A DNA stretch of 64,000 bases from an uncultured Boseongicola sp. GTDB taxonomy: Bacteria > Actinomycetota > Acidimicrobiia > Spongiisociales > ZC4RG35. Shown here one piece after another: positions 36,297-46,355 of the stretch. Position 1 is the first letter of the stretch; each line of letters opens with the position of its first letter. Under the pieces are notes generated by a model. The model was not told where the DNA came from. It made no database searches and saw only the letters and a list, made by a program, of their open reading frames with translations. The translations under genes and the position numbers were made by a program. Where the stretch lies: positions 1,117-65,116 of the forward strand of contig CAXMMT010000007.1 of NCBI GenBank assembly GCA_964194555.1, read 5' to 3'.

Positions 36297-37253
36297 ATGC
36301 GGCCAACACTTCTCGCAATCGTTCTGGTGCTCGCCGCTTGTAGCCCGGTCTCGGAGATAGCTGATCCGACAAGCACCCTCGACGTCACCACCACGGCAAG
36401 AATCGTTACGACCACCGCGACTGTCGAGACCACCTCGACCACCGAAGACCCCACTACAACTTCCACGACGACAACCCTGGAGGCGACCACCACAACGTCT
36501 GACATTCTCGACGGAAACTGGGCCGACCAGCCGTTGATAGTGACCGGATTCGGCGCTCTTGGATGGTGGGACGGCACCGACTGGATACGTGCCGAGACCG
36601 AAGGCGCCCTCCCTGTTGTGGGTGGTGAGGACTATCAGATTGCAGTAATCGGCCTCGAGGCGACTACCACCGGCGGCCCGCAGGACCTGGTCTGTGAACC
36701 GGTGTTCAACCTCGGTGTCGTGTTGGAAGACGACCATCTGCTCGGTGGATGGCCGGGACCGTATGGGGTGGCGATATCCGCGCCGTGGGATCTCCAGCCG
36801 AATCTGTTCGAGCCCTTTGCAGACGATGGCACGTTTGCCGCTATCGCTTCGGGCCTGCTGGCCGAGCGGGGCCTGGTTGGGGCCGACCCGGTTGTCAAAC
36901 AACTCTTCCGCACCGATCTCGAAGGCGACGGGATCAACGAGATCCTTGTCGTTGCGGAGGACATCAGCGGTGGTTTCCTTCCAAAGGCGGGGGACTATTC
37001 GATCATCTTCATGCAGAAGGTGATCGAGGGCGATGTGCAAACGGTGGTCCTTGGTGATTCGGTCATAACAGACCCCGAGGGGTCGTTTGTGGTGGGCTTC
37101 TCGGTTGGAGCGGTCGCCGATCTCAGCGGCGATGGCCAGATGGAAATCGTCGTCGACTCCGCCTTCTTCGAGGGCCTTGGAGTAGACGTCTGGGAATACG
37201 TCGATGACGACATCGGTCTGTTCCCCTACCTACAGACTGGATGTGGCAGCTAG
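36297..37253 (+). CDS. Hypothetical secreted lipoprotein with Thr-rich linker and FG-GAP/VCBS-like DxDGDG repeats
   Basis: Lipobox LVLAACSP, a TTTARIVTTTATVETTSTTEDPTTTSTTTT linker, and DLEGDGINEILV and DLSGDGQMEIVV repeats. Confidence 0.6.
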   Translation: MRPTLLAIVLVLAACSPVSEIADPTSTLDVTTTARIVTTTATVETTSTTEDPTTTSTTTTLEATTTTSDILDGNWADQPLIVTGFGALGWWDGTDWIRAETEGALPVVGGEDYQIAVIGLEATTTGGPQDLVCEPVFNLGVVLEDDHLLGGWPGPYGVAISAPWDLQPNLFEPFADDGTFAAIASGLLAERGLVGADPVVKQLFRTDLEGDGINEILVVAEDISGGFLPKAGDYSIIFMQKVIEGDVQTVVLGDSVITDPEGSFVVGFSVGAVADLSGDGQMEIVVDSAFFEGLGVDVWEYVDDDIGLFPYLQTGCGS

Positions 37254-37660
37254 TGAAGAACCCTTTCGAGGACCGTCCCACCTATGTCGGTCTCAGTGGC
37301 ATCGAACTGACCGAGACCTCATCAGAGTTCGCCGCTGGCCGTATTGAGATTACCGAGCACCACATGCAGCCCTACGGAGTGGTGCATGGAGGTGTCTATT
37401 GCACATTTGCGGAGACACTGGCTTCGACCGGTGCCGCAATGTGGGCCGTGGAGCAGGGATTGGAAGGGGCAGTGGGGGTCAGCAACAAGACGGACTTCCT
37501 CCGGCCCACCACCGGTGGGGTTCTGATTGGAGAGGCGACGCCGATTCATCGCGGTCGTACCCAACAACTCTGGCAGGTGAACATCATTAGGGAAGACAAC
37601 GGCAAACTCGTTGCCCAGAGTCAGGTCCGTCTTCAGAACGTGAACAGCACCGAGTTCTGA
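37241..37660 (+). CDS. PaaI-family hotdog thioesterase
   Basis: ...HHMQPYGVVHGGVYCTFAETLASTGA...PIHRGRTQQLWQVNI. Confidence 0.82.
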   Translation: MWQLVKNPFEDRPTYVGLSGIELTETSSEFAAGRIEITEHHMQPYGVVHGGVYCTFAETLASTGAAMWAVEQGLEGAVGVSNKTDFLRPTTGGVLIGEATPIHRGRTQQLWQVNIIREDNGKLVAQSQVRLQNVNSTEF

Positions 37661-37661
37661 T

Positions 37662-38198
37662 TCAGGGCGTGGACAGCCAGCGAGTCAAATCGATGACGAC
37701 CTCTTGAAAATCTTGTCCGTGTCCGGAGGACACGGCGTGAGCCACCTCATGTAGGACTATCCAGGCCTGGGCCGGCCGTTCGACGAGGATCGTCCTTGTC
37801 GTCGGGTCGTAGCTTCCCTTGATTCGGCCTTCGAGACGGTCGATCACCACCAATTCCACCGTGCTCACGCCCAGATGGTCAGCCAGTGAGTCGGCGAGTT
37901 GGCTTGCCTCTTCATCGGTGAGATAGGTGTTGGCGAGCCGGATCATGACCTGGTCCAGACCGGCCAACCTCACGCCCTCTTGAACGGTGCAGTAGTCGAA
38001 TCCGCATATCTCGAGTCCGTTGTCGGCGAAGGGCGGATCCCGGTCGATCAAGTTGTATAGGGGAACCATGGCCATAGCGAAGACCGTCACAGTTGCGACA
38101 GCGATTAACACCAGCCGGCGCCATGGCGAACGTTCCAGCGGTTCGAAGGAATCCTCCTCGACATCCCAGTCTTCGAAGACTGGTTCGTCCTGGATCAC
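37662..38198 (-). CDS. Membrane-anchored hypothetical protein with HExxH motif
   Basis: GTG at 38198. One TM (RRLVLIAVATVTVFAMAMVPLY) and C-terminal WIVLHEVAHAVSSGHG. The tracked extension to 38414 overlaps the CoA-transferase stub. Confidence 0.5.
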   Translation of the reverse strand: MIQDEPVFEDWDVEEDSFEPLERSPWRRLVLIAVATVTVFAMAMVPLYNLIDRDPPFADNGLEICGFDYCTVQEGVRLAGLDQVMIRLANTYLTDEEASQLADSLADHLGVSTVELVVIDRLEGRIKGSYDPTTRTILVERPAQAWIVLHEVAHAVSSGHGQDFQEVVIDLTRWLSTP

Positions 38199-38349
38199 TA
38201 CTTGAGAGCCTCTTTGATCACATGCGAATGGTAAGGCAGGCCACGAGCAACGGCTTTCGAGACCAAATGGCGTCCTTGGCTTATCGGGGGCATCCTGGCG
38301 CCCTCGCCGCATGACAGGTCGCAGATGAGCGTTGCCAGGCTGGCCCGGT

Positions 38350-38661
38350 CTAGGCCTCAACTTCCTCGTCGACAGCCAGGGCAACGATCTTCGGCACCGG
38401 GCCGCAGTGCCCACCGATGATTCGTTTCAGCAGGCCGGGGTAGCCGAGATGATTGAGACCCCTGTTCTCGGAGTCACCTTGTCCACCGGCCCATACGAGG
38501 GCCAGGTCTCGAGGTTTGGCATCCTCTATGTATTGCTGTTCGAGCGCAGCAAGTATTTCCTCGGCGACTCCGTGACCCTCATAGCCCGAACTCACGATTA
38601 CGTCTCGATCGTGTATCACCGAGACGGCCTCGCGTGCACCAACAACTTTGTTGATAGTCAT
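38350..38661 (-). pseudogene. N-terminal stub (~103 aa) of an acyl-CoA:acetate / propionate CoA-transferase
   Basis: MTINKVVGAREAVSVIHDRDVIVSSGYEG...RDLALVWAGGQGDSENRGLNHLGYPGLLKRIIGGHCGPVPKIVALAVDEEVEA* matches the first ~100 residues of ~500-aa family I CoA-transferases. It then stops, and the remaining ~400 aa are absent. Confidence 0.5.
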
Positions 38662-38763
38662 GATCGACTCCCGGTCCGAACCTACATCTTGATAACACGG
38701 CTGGCGATGATTCGTGGCCCGAGTGAATCCTTATTGGGCCCTTCTCCAATATCCTTGTAGCCA

Positions 38764-39879
38764 ATGTCGTTCCAGATCGGCCCACTTGTCGTTGACCCCC
38801 CGGTGGTCCTTGCCCCGATGGCAGGCGTGACCAATGCTCCGTTTCGCCGTCTGTGCCGCGAGTTCGGGGCGGGTCTCTACGTCTCGGAGATGATCGGCGC
38901 CAGGAGTCTTGTGGAGAAGAGCGAGAAGACGATGGCTCTGGCCCGTTTCGACGACGATGAGAGCCCCAGATCGATTCAGCTTTACGGCACCGACCCGGGA
39001 GCTCTTGGTGAGGCGGTTGCCTTTCTTGTCGAAGATCACGGGGTTGACCACATCGACATGAACTTCGGATGCCCGATGGGCAAAGTGACGAAACACGGAG
39101 GAGGGGCCGCCCTCCCCTGGAAGACCAGCCTGTTTCGTTCTGTAGTTCGCGCCGCGGTCATGAACGCCGGCGATGTCCCGGTGACGGTGAAGTTCCGGCT
39201 GGGCATCGACGAGGAACACCTGACATTCATCGACACCGGCCTGATCGCCGAAGAGGAAGGAGTTGCCGCGGTCGCACTCCACGCCCGCACCGCCCGCCAG
39301 TTGTACTCAGGCAAGGCCAGGTGGTCGGCGATCCGTGAGTTGAAGGAGGCGGTGACCACCGTGCCTGTGGTTGGTAACGGTGACATCTGGACGGCGGACG
39401 ACGCTCTCGAGATGATGCGTTCAACCGGTTGTGATGGAGTCGTGGTTGGCCGCGGGTGTCTCGGGCGCCCCTGGTTGTTCCGGGACCTGGCCGACGTGTT
39501 CGCGGGACGCCAGGCCCAGGTTCCGCCAAATCTTGGCGAGATTGGTCGGATCATGCTCCGCCATGCCCAACTGCTGGTTGACCACTTCGGAGAGAAGGTC
39601 GGTCTCAACCTCTTCCGCAAGCATCCCTCGTGGTATCTGAAGGGCTTCCCTGTTGGACCGGTTCTTCGTGATGGCTTCGCCAGGGTGGCCTCGATCGAGG
39701 AGTTGACGTATCTGGTCGGGAGGCTCGATCCGGATGTCCCGTTTCCTGAAGAGGCCAATCGCATGGTTCGTGGGCATAGTCACGGGCCACGTCCGGTGCG
39801 TCTACCCCACGGATTTCTCGACGATCGGGAAGCCGAGCGGGTAGCCGACGAGGCCGAGCAGGTGGTCAGCGGCGGCTAG
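38764..39879 (+). CDS. dus: tRNA-dihydrouridine synthase
   Basis: VVLAPMAGVTNAPFRRLCREFGAGLYVSEMI...IDMNFGCP...VTVKFRLG. Confidence 0.9.
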   Translation: MSFQIGPLVVDPPVVLAPMAGVTNAPFRRLCREFGAGLYVSEMIGARSLVEKSEKTMALARFDDDESPRSIQLYGTDPGALGEAVAFLVEDHGVDHIDMNFGCPMGKVTKHGGGAALPWKTSLFRSVVRAAVMNAGDVPVTVKFRLGIDEEHLTFIDTGLIAEEEGVAAVALHARTARQLYSGKARWSAIRELKEAVTTVPVVGNGDIWTADDALEMMRSTGCDGVVVGRGCLGRPWLFRDLADVFAGRQAQVPPNLGEIGRIMLRHAQLLVDHFGEKVGLNLFRKHPSWYLKGFPVGPVLRDGFARVASIEELTYLVGRLDPDVPFPEEANRMVRGHSHGPRPVRLPHGFLDDREAERVADEAEQVVSGG

Positions 39880-40504
39880 AGGACTCACTAGGGCTCCTTT
39901 TGAGCTGCGTCGCCACCTCGACCTCGCTGCGGGTCGAGTGGTATCGGGTCAGCATCAGTATCGAACCGACCAGACCGACCACCGAGAATGTGAGAATCCC
40001 GACGTCGGCCCAGAACCATCCGTAGTACCCCCAGAGGAAGGCCTCTGCAATCCCGATCCACCACGTCCCCGGTGAGATGCCGGAAGGGTCGGCGGTGCGA
40101 TACGCGGTCCAGACCGAGGGGGTGAGCATCACTCCGTAGGACAATCCGAGAATCACTCCGAGTGCTGTCCATCCTGCGACAAGTGCTGTTGTGGCGAGCA
40201 GGACACCCCAGACTGCTCCCAACAGACAACTCTGCCGAGGATCGCGCCCGGTCCGAACCAGCGCCCACATGGTCAACGCATACGCAACGACGGTGAACAC
40301 GGGAGCGAGGATCGCGATCCAGAATCCTTGACTGACCAAATAGGCGGCCCACCCGACATTGGTGACCAACCCCAGGGATGCCCAGGTGGTCGAGACGCCG
40401 GATGAGTCACCGGTTCGGATCAGCTTGGAGATCTGTGGAACCAGAAAGGCAATCGTGCCAATGGTGGCGGCCACAACGGCAATGTTGGCCAGTGTCTCGT
40501 TCAT
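39866..40504 (-). CDS. PQ-loop / SemiSWEET-like repeat membrane protein
   Basis: 212 aa, ~7 TM. FLVPQISKLIRTGDSSGVS is a PQ-loop-type motif. Its 3' end overlaps the dus 3' end by 14 nt (convergent). Confidence 0.55.
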   Translation of the reverse strand: MNETLANIAVVAATIGTIAFLVPQISKLIRTGDSSGVSTTWASLGLVTNVGWAAYLVSQGFWIAILAPVFTVVAYALTMWALVRTGRDPRQSCLLGAVWGVLLATTALVAGWTALGVILGLSYGVMLTPSVWTAYRTADPSGISPGTWWIGIAEAFLWGYYGWFWADVGILTFSVVGLVGSILMLTRYHSTRSEVEVATQLKRSPSESSSRR

Positions 40505-40541
40505 CGGTAGTTAGAACACCATTCCGGGTCGTCTGGTTGCA

Positions 40542-41435
40542 TCAACGTTGGCTGTAACCGGCGACGGCGGACAGAAAAACATGGGCCATGGAGTCGAGTG
40601 TCAACCCATTGACATCCGCCTCGGCGTCAACCTCAACAAAGTCCATCGCTCGCACCTTGGGGTGACGGGCACACCGGCGAACGCCCTCGGCGAGTTGGCG
40701 GATGGTCAAGCCACCGGGACTGGCCCCCGGACATGCGGGGGCGAAGATCCGATCGAGCACGTCGAGGTCAACGTCGACATATATCGATTCACATCGTTCA
40801 CCCAAACTGGAAAGGACACCCTCGACGACGCTGCGAATACCGTCCCGCTCCACCTGTTCTACGGTGACCACACTGATGCCTGCTTCGTCGCAGTAGGCCC
40901 GATACTCCGCAGAGTTGGCAAAGGAGTGGATTCCGATCTGGGCCACGTTGGCTCCGGGAAGCCCGTGCTCTTCGATCAGGCCGCGTATCGGGGTCCCGTT
41001 GGTGGGTCCGTTGGTGAGGGAGCGCACGTCGTGGTGGGCGTCAAAGGTGATGACGCCGACCTGTGATAAGTCTTTGGCCATACCGGCGACCAGAGGACGG
41101 GTGATGGCGTTGTCACCGCCGATGTAGAGGGTCAGAGAAGCTTCGGGGAGCTCGGTCGCCAACTCGGTCACAGCCCCGGGCATTGTTTGCATGTCCAGTT
41201 CTGAGATCGGCCAGTTGCCGACGTCCCGGACGGTCACATCGGCGAGGTTCGCCCCCCACTCGCTATGGAAGGTGGAGAACCGGGTCAGGTGGTCACGGAG
41301 GGCAAATGGCGTCAGGTCGGCTCGCGACGGGGTGAGAGATGCCTTGGATGAGGGCACCCCGACAACCAGGAGGTCCGGATCAGGGTGATCCTGTGCCAGC
41401 CAGACGTCGGCGCGAGGCCAACCCGGATCAAGCAT
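40542..41435 (-). CDS. hutG: Arginase-family hydrolase, probably formimidoylglutamase
   Basis: Mn-binding blocks [14 protein letters not shown] and DVDLDVLD. It overlaps hutU by 8 nt in the same operon. Confidence 0.72.
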   Translation of the reverse strand: MLDPGWPRADVWLAQDHPDPDLLVVGVPSSKASLTPSRADLTPFALRDHLTRFSTFHSEWGANLADVTVRDVGNWPISELDMQTMPGAVTELATELPEASLTLYIGGDNAITRPLVAGMAKDLSQVGVITFDAHHDVRSLTNGPTNGTPIRGLIEEHGLPGANVAQIGIHSFANSAEYRAYCDEAGISVVTVEQVERDGIRSVVEGVLSSLGERCESIYVDVDLDVLDRIFAPACPGASPGGLTIRQLAEGVRRCARHPKVRAMDFVEVDAEADVNGLTLDSMAHVFLSAVAGYSQR

Positions 41436-43095
41436 TCGTGTCGAGCATCGGGATGTCGACTCCGCGATCTCGGGCGACTTGTTTGGCCTTTTCGTAGCCT
41501 GCGTCTGCGTGTCGCATCACGCCGGTTCCCGGGTCGTTGGTGAGGACGCGTTCGACCCGAAACGCCCCCTGCTTTGTGCCGTCGGCCACTACCTGGGCTC
41601 CGGAATGGATCGAGTTCCCGATTCCGACTCCACCGCCATGGTGAACGGCAACCCAGGCTGCACCCGAGGAGACGTTGAGCATGGCATTGAGGATGGGCCA
41701 GTCGGCGATCGCGTCTGACCCGTCGGCCATCGCCTCGGTTTCCCGGTACGGGGATGCGACCGAGCCCGAGTCGAGATGGTCGCGGCCGATGACAATGGGC
41801 GCCGAGACCTCGCCGGAGGCGACGAGTTCATTGAAACGGAGGCCGGCGAGGTGGCGCTCGCCGTAGGAAAGCCAGCAGATGCGGGCAGGAAGCCCCTGGT
41901 AGTGGATCTTCTGCTGAGCCAGTCGGATCCAGCGTGCCAGGGCATCATTCTCGGGGAACAGGTCGAGCAGGGCATGATCGGTAACGGCGATATCGGCCGG
42001 GTCACCGCTCAATGCCACCCACCGGAACGGCCCAGAACCCTCACAGAAGAGATCGCGGACGTAGGCGGGCACGAAACCCGGATACGAGAAGGCGTCTTGA
42101 TACCCGGCTGTCTGCGCTTCCCCGCGCAGGTTGTTTCCGTAATCAAATACCTCGACTCCCTCACTCTGAAAGCCCACCATTGCCTCACAATGAGCGGCCA
42201 TCGACTCCCGGGCAGATTTGATATAGGTGTCAGGGTCGTCGTCTCTCAACCGGGCAGCTTCGTCGACGCTGTAGCCGGACGGGATGTAGCCGTAGAGCGG
42301 ATCGTGAGCCGAGGTCTGATCGGTCACGATGTCGACATCCAGACCCATTCTCAGCAACTCGGGGTACAGGTCGGCGGCGTTTCCAAGAAGGCCGATCGAT
42401 AGCGCCTTGCGGTCTCGCTTCGCAGCCAGGGCAAGGTCGACTGCGTCCTCGATCGAGTCTGCCCGCACGTCGAGATACCCGGTCTCGATACGACGCTGGA
42501 TCCGATATGGATCCACTTCGATGCATAGAGCGACACCGCCGTTCATGGTTATTGCCAGAGGCTGAGCGCCACCCATGCCGCCGAGGCCACCTGTCAATGT
42601 GAGCGTGCCGGCAAGGCTTCCACCGAACCTCTTCTCGGCGATAGCTACAAACGTTTGATAGGTGCCCTGGAGAATTCCCTGAGTTCCGATGTAGATCCAG
42701 GAGCCTGCCGTCATCTGCCCGTACATGATCAAACCTTCGGCTTCGAGCTTCCAGAAGTGCTCGAGGGTGGCCCATTTGGGAACGAGGAGACTGTTGGCAA
42801 TGAGAACGCGAGGCGCCATGTCGTGAGTCCGAAACACACCGACCGGTTTGCCTGATTGGACCAGAAGCGTCTCGTCGTTCTTCAGCCTTTGCAGGGTTGC
42901 CACGATCGCATGGAGAGATTCGAGGTTGCGCGCTGCCTTGCCCCGTCCGCCATAGACGATCAGATTCTCGGGGTCTTCGGCAACTTCGGGATCGAGGTTG
43001 TTGAGGAGACAGCGAAGGACGGCTTCCTGGAGCCAACCATTGGTGTTCAGGTCGGTCCCATGCGGGGCTTGGAGCGGAAAGGTCAGATCGAGCAT
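41428..43095 (-). CDS. hutU: Urocanate hydratase
   Basis: 555 aa. [38 protein letters not shown]...[10 protein letters not shown]... is canonical HutU. Confidence 0.97.
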   Translation of the reverse strand: MLDLTFPLQAPHGTDLNTNGWLQEAVLRCLLNNLDPEVAEDPENLIVYGGRGKAARNLESLHAIVATLQRLKNDETLLVQSGKPVGVFRTHDMAPRVLIANSLLVPKWATLEHFWKLEAEGLIMYGQMTAGSWIYIGTQGILQGTYQTFVAIAEKRFGGSLAGTLTLTGGLGGMGGAQPLAITMNGGVALCIEVDPYRIQRRIETGYLDVRADSIEDAVDLALAAKRDRKALSIGLLGNAADLYPELLRMGLDVDIVTDQTSAHDPLYGYIPSGYSVDEAARLRDDDPDTYIKSARESMAAHCEAMVGFQSEGVEVFDYGNNLRGEAQTAGYQDAFSYPGFVPAYVRDLFCEGSGPFRWVALSGDPADIAVTDHALLDLFPENDALARWIRLAQQKIHYQGLPARICWLSYGERHLAGLRFNELVASGEVSAPIVIGRDHLDSGSVASPYRETEAMADGSDAIADWPILNAMLNVSSGAAWVAVHHGGGVGIGNSIHSGAQVVADGTKQGAFRVERVLTNDPGTGVMRHADAGYEKAKQVARDRGVDIPMLDTNA

Positions 43096-43159
43096 GCGCG
43101 AGACGGAGCCTAACGACGCGTGTTCGGCTGCATTCCTTGTATGTTCGCCGCGAACAACT

Positions 43160-43501
43160 ATGAACGAAGCGAATGCACCCGAAGTAGCCGTCCGCGACGA
43201 TGGCGAGCACGATCGTTATGTGGTTGAGGTCGATGGCGTGGCTGCTGGGTTCACCGTGTATCACATGCGTGGCGGGCGACACTTCTTCGTTCATACCGAG
43301 GTTGATGCCAAGTTCACAGGTCAGGGTGTCGGCTCGGCTCTCGCCCGTTATGCGCTTGACGACGTCAAGGCAAAAGGCGGGAGGATCGTCCCTATCTGCC
43401 CGTTCATCAGGGCCTTTGTCGATGAGAACCCCGAATATGAGGCATTGATCGACCACGAGTTGTGGGACCGGATCGATGCGCGGCTGCGACCCGACGGATG
43501 A
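43160..43501 (+). CDS. GNAT-like N-acetyltransferase (YjdJ / Acetyltransf_CG type)
   Basis: ATG at 43160. ...[65 protein letters not shown]. Confidence 0.72.
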   Translation: MNEANAPEVAVRDDGEHDRYVVEVDGVAAGFTVYHMRGGRHFFVHTEVDAKFTGQGVGSALARYALDDVKAKGGRIVPICPFIRAFVDENPEYEALIDHELWDRIDARLRPDG

Positions 43502-43649
43502 TCACCTATTGGTGTGTGGTGAAAGTGGCACTAACGGCGTGAAGCCGATGACTCCATCGCGCGAGTAGATGCGGCCTTGACTGCTATGACGATCAGTGTG
43601 GGTTTGTTCATGGGGAATCGTCGCCTTCTCAGCGCTCGGCGCATTCCGC

Positions 43650-44357
43650 TCAGGTTGGACCTGGCGGGTTCACACTCGGTGCCTCCCGATGTCGACGGAG
43701 GAAGTCGTCCACAGTGCGCTGTGCCTCCGTCTTGATCTCCCGATACCAGAACCCTTCATCCCATGGGTCATCTATGGACGCGTCGAAGAGGTCGTCTTCG
43801 TAACTGGTGTGCCGGTGTCGGATCACCGCCCGCGCCGCCAGCGACGCTCGTTCGTCCAAAGAGAGCATCCGGGTGCGTCCAACCCGTCCACTCCCCACCT
43901 CCGCAGCCCGTGTCGCTGCCTCCCGGGCAATCTCGTCAGCGAGGTCGACGTGTTCCGGAGCGAAAGCGAGGAACCAGCGGATAGCGTCTTCGAGCTCGTC
44001 GCGGTATGCGTCCTCCTGCTTCATTCGACTCCGGGCGCTGTGTTCCCTGTGCTTCGAGCGCTGGGTCTCGGTGGCGGCTGCCTCGGCCTCGGCAGCCTCA
44101 ATCGCCTCTTTGGGTGCCCACAATCCGAGCCGGCGACGATGCGCCCGGTTCCGGCCCCGTGGACGCCACGCCACCCAAAACCTCCCCGCCGCTTTCACTC
44201 GCCGCGTCACAAACGCATCACCCGACGGCAGAAAGTCCCAGTCGTCGGGGATCTCGATCTCGCCATGATCCGGGTTCCACGGGCCTTTGCGCGTCACGTA
44301 CACGTCGAACTGCAGATTGGTCAGATCGGTCTCTTCCATGCCCCAACTCTCGCTCAT
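43650..44357 (-). CDS. DUF2293-like protein
   Basis: C-terminal block RTRMLSLDERASLAARAVIRHRHTSYEDDL...YREIKTEAQRTVDDFL. The start is uncertain: ATG 44357 or GTG 44402. Confidence 0.55.
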   Translation of the reverse strand: MSESWGMEETDLTNLQFDVYVTRKGPWNPDHGEIEIPDDWDFLPSGDAFVTRRVKAAGRFWVAWRPRGRNRAHRRRLGLWAPKEAIEAAEAEAAATETQRSKHREHSARSRMKQEDAYRDELEDAIRWFLAFAPEHVDLADEIAREAATRAAEVGSGRVGRTRMLSLDERASLAARAVIRHRHTSYEDDLFDASIDDPWDEGFWYREIKTEAQRTVDDFLRRHREAPSVNPPGPT

Positions 44358-44401
44358 AATGACGTGCCGCGTGGGTCCCCCGCTACGGGTACGAACAGTC
44401 A

Positions 44402-44414
44402 CGCATAATGCCGG
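44402..44414. repeat. Island repeat core, copy a (CGCATAATGCCGG on + strand)
   Basis: It lies in the gap between the DUF2293 and SnoaL-like genes. The flank CTAGATGTGCGGCC resembles the flanks of copies c/d read on the other strand. Confidence 0.6.
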
Positions 44415-44427
44415 CTAGATGTGCGGC

Positions 44428-44817
44428 CTAGTTGAAGTTCCAGATGTAGCGGGCGATCTTCCATGAGCTGTCGGCCTGTCGCTGCAGAATCCACAGGCCC
44501 TGTAGGACCGACTCGGTGGATTCTCCAGAATCAGTTGACTTTTCCGCCGTGGTGAGCGTGAAACGGTCAAACGCCAATGCTCCGTTGACCACGACTTCCT
44601 CGGACGTGGTGAAGTGGATGGGCCGGTTCGCCTCTGCGAAAACCTTCCCCCACTCTCGGAACGCATCTTTGCCGACTACCGCCGGTTCATCTTCCGGCAT
44701 CCAGACAGCGTCGTCGGTGAAGTAGTTCAGGAAGCCTTCAAAGTCGCCATTCTTGAATGCCTCCGTCGCTTCAACTCGGATCGCGTGGATCGCTTCTACG
44801 TCAGACTCCGCTATCAG
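44428..44817 (-). CDS. SnoaL-like / DUF4440 (NTF2 fold) protein, probable non-ATG (CTG) start
   Basis: The tracked ORF (90 aa from ATG 44700) lacks the conserved N-terminal half. The same frame upstream reads IAESDVEAIHAIRVEATEAFKNGDFEGFLNYFTDDAVW with no ATG/GTG/TTG back to a TGA. CTG at 44817 sits 7 nt after GGAGGAGGA. Confidence 0.65.
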   Translation of the reverse strand: MIAESDVEAIHAIRVEATEAFKNGDFEGFLNYFTDDAVWMPEDEPAVVGKDAFREWGKVFAEANRPIHFTTSEEVVVNGALAFDRFTLTTAEKSTDSGESTESVLQGLWILQRQADSSWKIARYIWNFN

Positions 44818-45045
44818 GATTCCTCCTCCATGAAGACCGACTCACCTCTTCGCATTCAACCCACGTGGAGCCGCACGGTTGTTAGCGGTTCCGGTCAACC
44901 TAACCGAACGATACTCAACGCACCGCTAGCAACATGCGAACCAAGGAACAACCGCAACGCCTTCGATCCCAGACGCATACATAAGTGCCTGATTGATGAT
45001 GGGGGTGTTCAAGACTTCACAGATGTGTGACTGGTCAGTTCAGAG

Positions 45046-45360
45046 CTATCTGAGGCACTCGCTGTCGCTGCGCTGTCCCCAGTCGATGAGAGTGATCTTG
45101 CCGTTCTCAACGGTTGCTTCGTGGCCCACGCCTCCTGAGCACCCAGCCCCACGGGCTGCGGCGATCCCGTCCGCGCCGTAGAAGAACTTGGTATTGAACG
45201 TGGCTGTGCTGCCCGACACCACCATGTCGAGGTATTCGATCCCATCACCTGACCCTTGGATGGCGGGAATCTGCTTTTCTAGGGCTCGAATCTCGTCGAC
45301 TCCGGTAGCAACGCCGACTACTACCGTCAAAACGTCCCCACCGAACCGGTGAAGACTCAA
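45046..45360 (-). CDS. Hypothetical ORF, in frame with the truncated sigma fragment upstream; possibly a decayed SnoaL-like C-terminal extension
   Basis: It is separated from ORF 45373..45684 only by an in-frame TAG plus 4 codons. The tail ...GHEATVENGKITLIDW resembles the last strands of an NTF2/SnoaL fold. Confidence 0.3.
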   Translation of the reverse strand: MSLHRFGGDVLTVVVGVATGVDEIRALEKQIPAIQGSGDGIEYLDMVVSGSTATFNTKFFYGADGIAAARGAGCSGGVGHEATVENGKITLIDWGQRSDSECLR

Positions 45361-45372
45361 ACCCCCGAGTCT

Positions 45373-45684
45373 CTATGAAACCCGGGGCGCTTCAAAACCT
45401 TCCAAGGCCGGCACCAAACCAGGCTCCACCCAAATCTCACCAGACGAGCCAGGCACAAGGTCAGGCCTCACTGGTGACTGTTTCATACGACGAGCCCGAT
45501 CCCGCCCAACCCGATACAAATACCCAGCCGGATTGTCCATATCCCCCACCCGGTCCCAATGCTCCCACCCATAGGCAAACGCCTCAGCCGCCGCCTCACG
45601 GCCCACCTCGTCACCAAACCCTGCAGTCAACGCACGACGCAAACGAGGCTCCACATCAACAACAAACGCCTCGAAAGAGACCAC
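45373..45684 (-). pseudogene. Truncated ECF sigma factor (region 2 only)
   Basis: FEAFVVDVEPRLRRALTAGFGD...AAAEAFAYGWEHWDRVGDMDNPAGYLYRVGRDRARR...WVEPGLVPALEG, then TAG. No region 4 HTH follows in any frame I read. Confidence 0.5.
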
Positions 45685-45761
45685 AGCCGTCGTATCCCTA
45701 ATCAGCAGAACTCCTCAACACCATCAACCTATAAGAGCAACCAACCCCCAAGTCGTACGGC

Positions 45762-45791
45762 ACCCGCAAATCGCAGGCATTATGTGCGGGT
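45762..45791. repeat. Island repeat core, copy b
   Basis: ACCCGCA-aatcgcaGGCATTATG-TGCGGGT. The core is embedded in a 7-bp inverted repeat, about 80 nt upstream of the sigma fragment. Confidence 0.55.
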
Positions 45792-45828
45792 AGTCCCAGC
45801 GAAGATGCTGGTAAAATGTGGCGAGGGG

Positions 45829-46035
45829 TTAGCCGAGGTCTTCGATGGCGACGATGTCTCTGGCTCTGACTGCGTGGACCTTTTCGCCGCCTGCTTGTGT
45901 GCCGTCGCGTCTGGCGGACATCATCATGTACTTGTTGTCATCTTCCGTAGGTCCTGATTGTTCGACGAGCCATTCGTAGTCTCGGTCGGATGTGACAAGG
46001 ACGTGGCCTCCTGTGAGCATGACTCTGCATGCCAT
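45829..46035 (-). CDS. Small hypothetical protein (68 aa)
   Basis: ATG at 46035 is preceded by GAGAGGAA 6 nt upstream. The sequence begins MACRVMLTGGHVLVTSDRDYEWLVEQSG. No family recognised. Confidence 0.45.
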   Translation of the reverse strand: MACRVMLTGGHVLVTSDRDYEWLVEQSGPTEDDNKYMMMSARRDGTQAGGEKVHAVRARDIVAIEDLG

Positions 46036-46170
46036 TGATGTTCCTCTCGTTGGGTGTAGAGAGGCTACGCGCAGCCCCATAAATGATGCTTGGTAACTCC
46101 GTTTAGTGGCCGAACACCACATCAGGACCGAAGAGAGCGATCCGCAGAGCCATGACTTGCCAATTTAACT

Positions 46171-46235
46171 CCCGACCCGCCCATAGCAACCGGCATTATG
46201 AATCGATCCGTGATCACGCATAAGTGCTGCCGTTA
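46171..46235. repeat. Island repeat, copy c (extended ~60-nt form)
   Basis: CCCGACCCGCCCATAGCAACCGGCATTATGAATCGATCCGTGATCACGCATAAGTGCTGC aligns along its length with copy d. Confidence 0.65.
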
Positions 46236-46355
46236 TATGCGGCTTCGATGGACTCGCGTCCATCGTTCACGAGGCCAGCGTCGCGTAGTTGCCCCAGGGC
46301 CTATTGGTGCTCGGCTCTCGTTGGGTCGCCCGGACTGCCCGTCACGGTGCGATGT

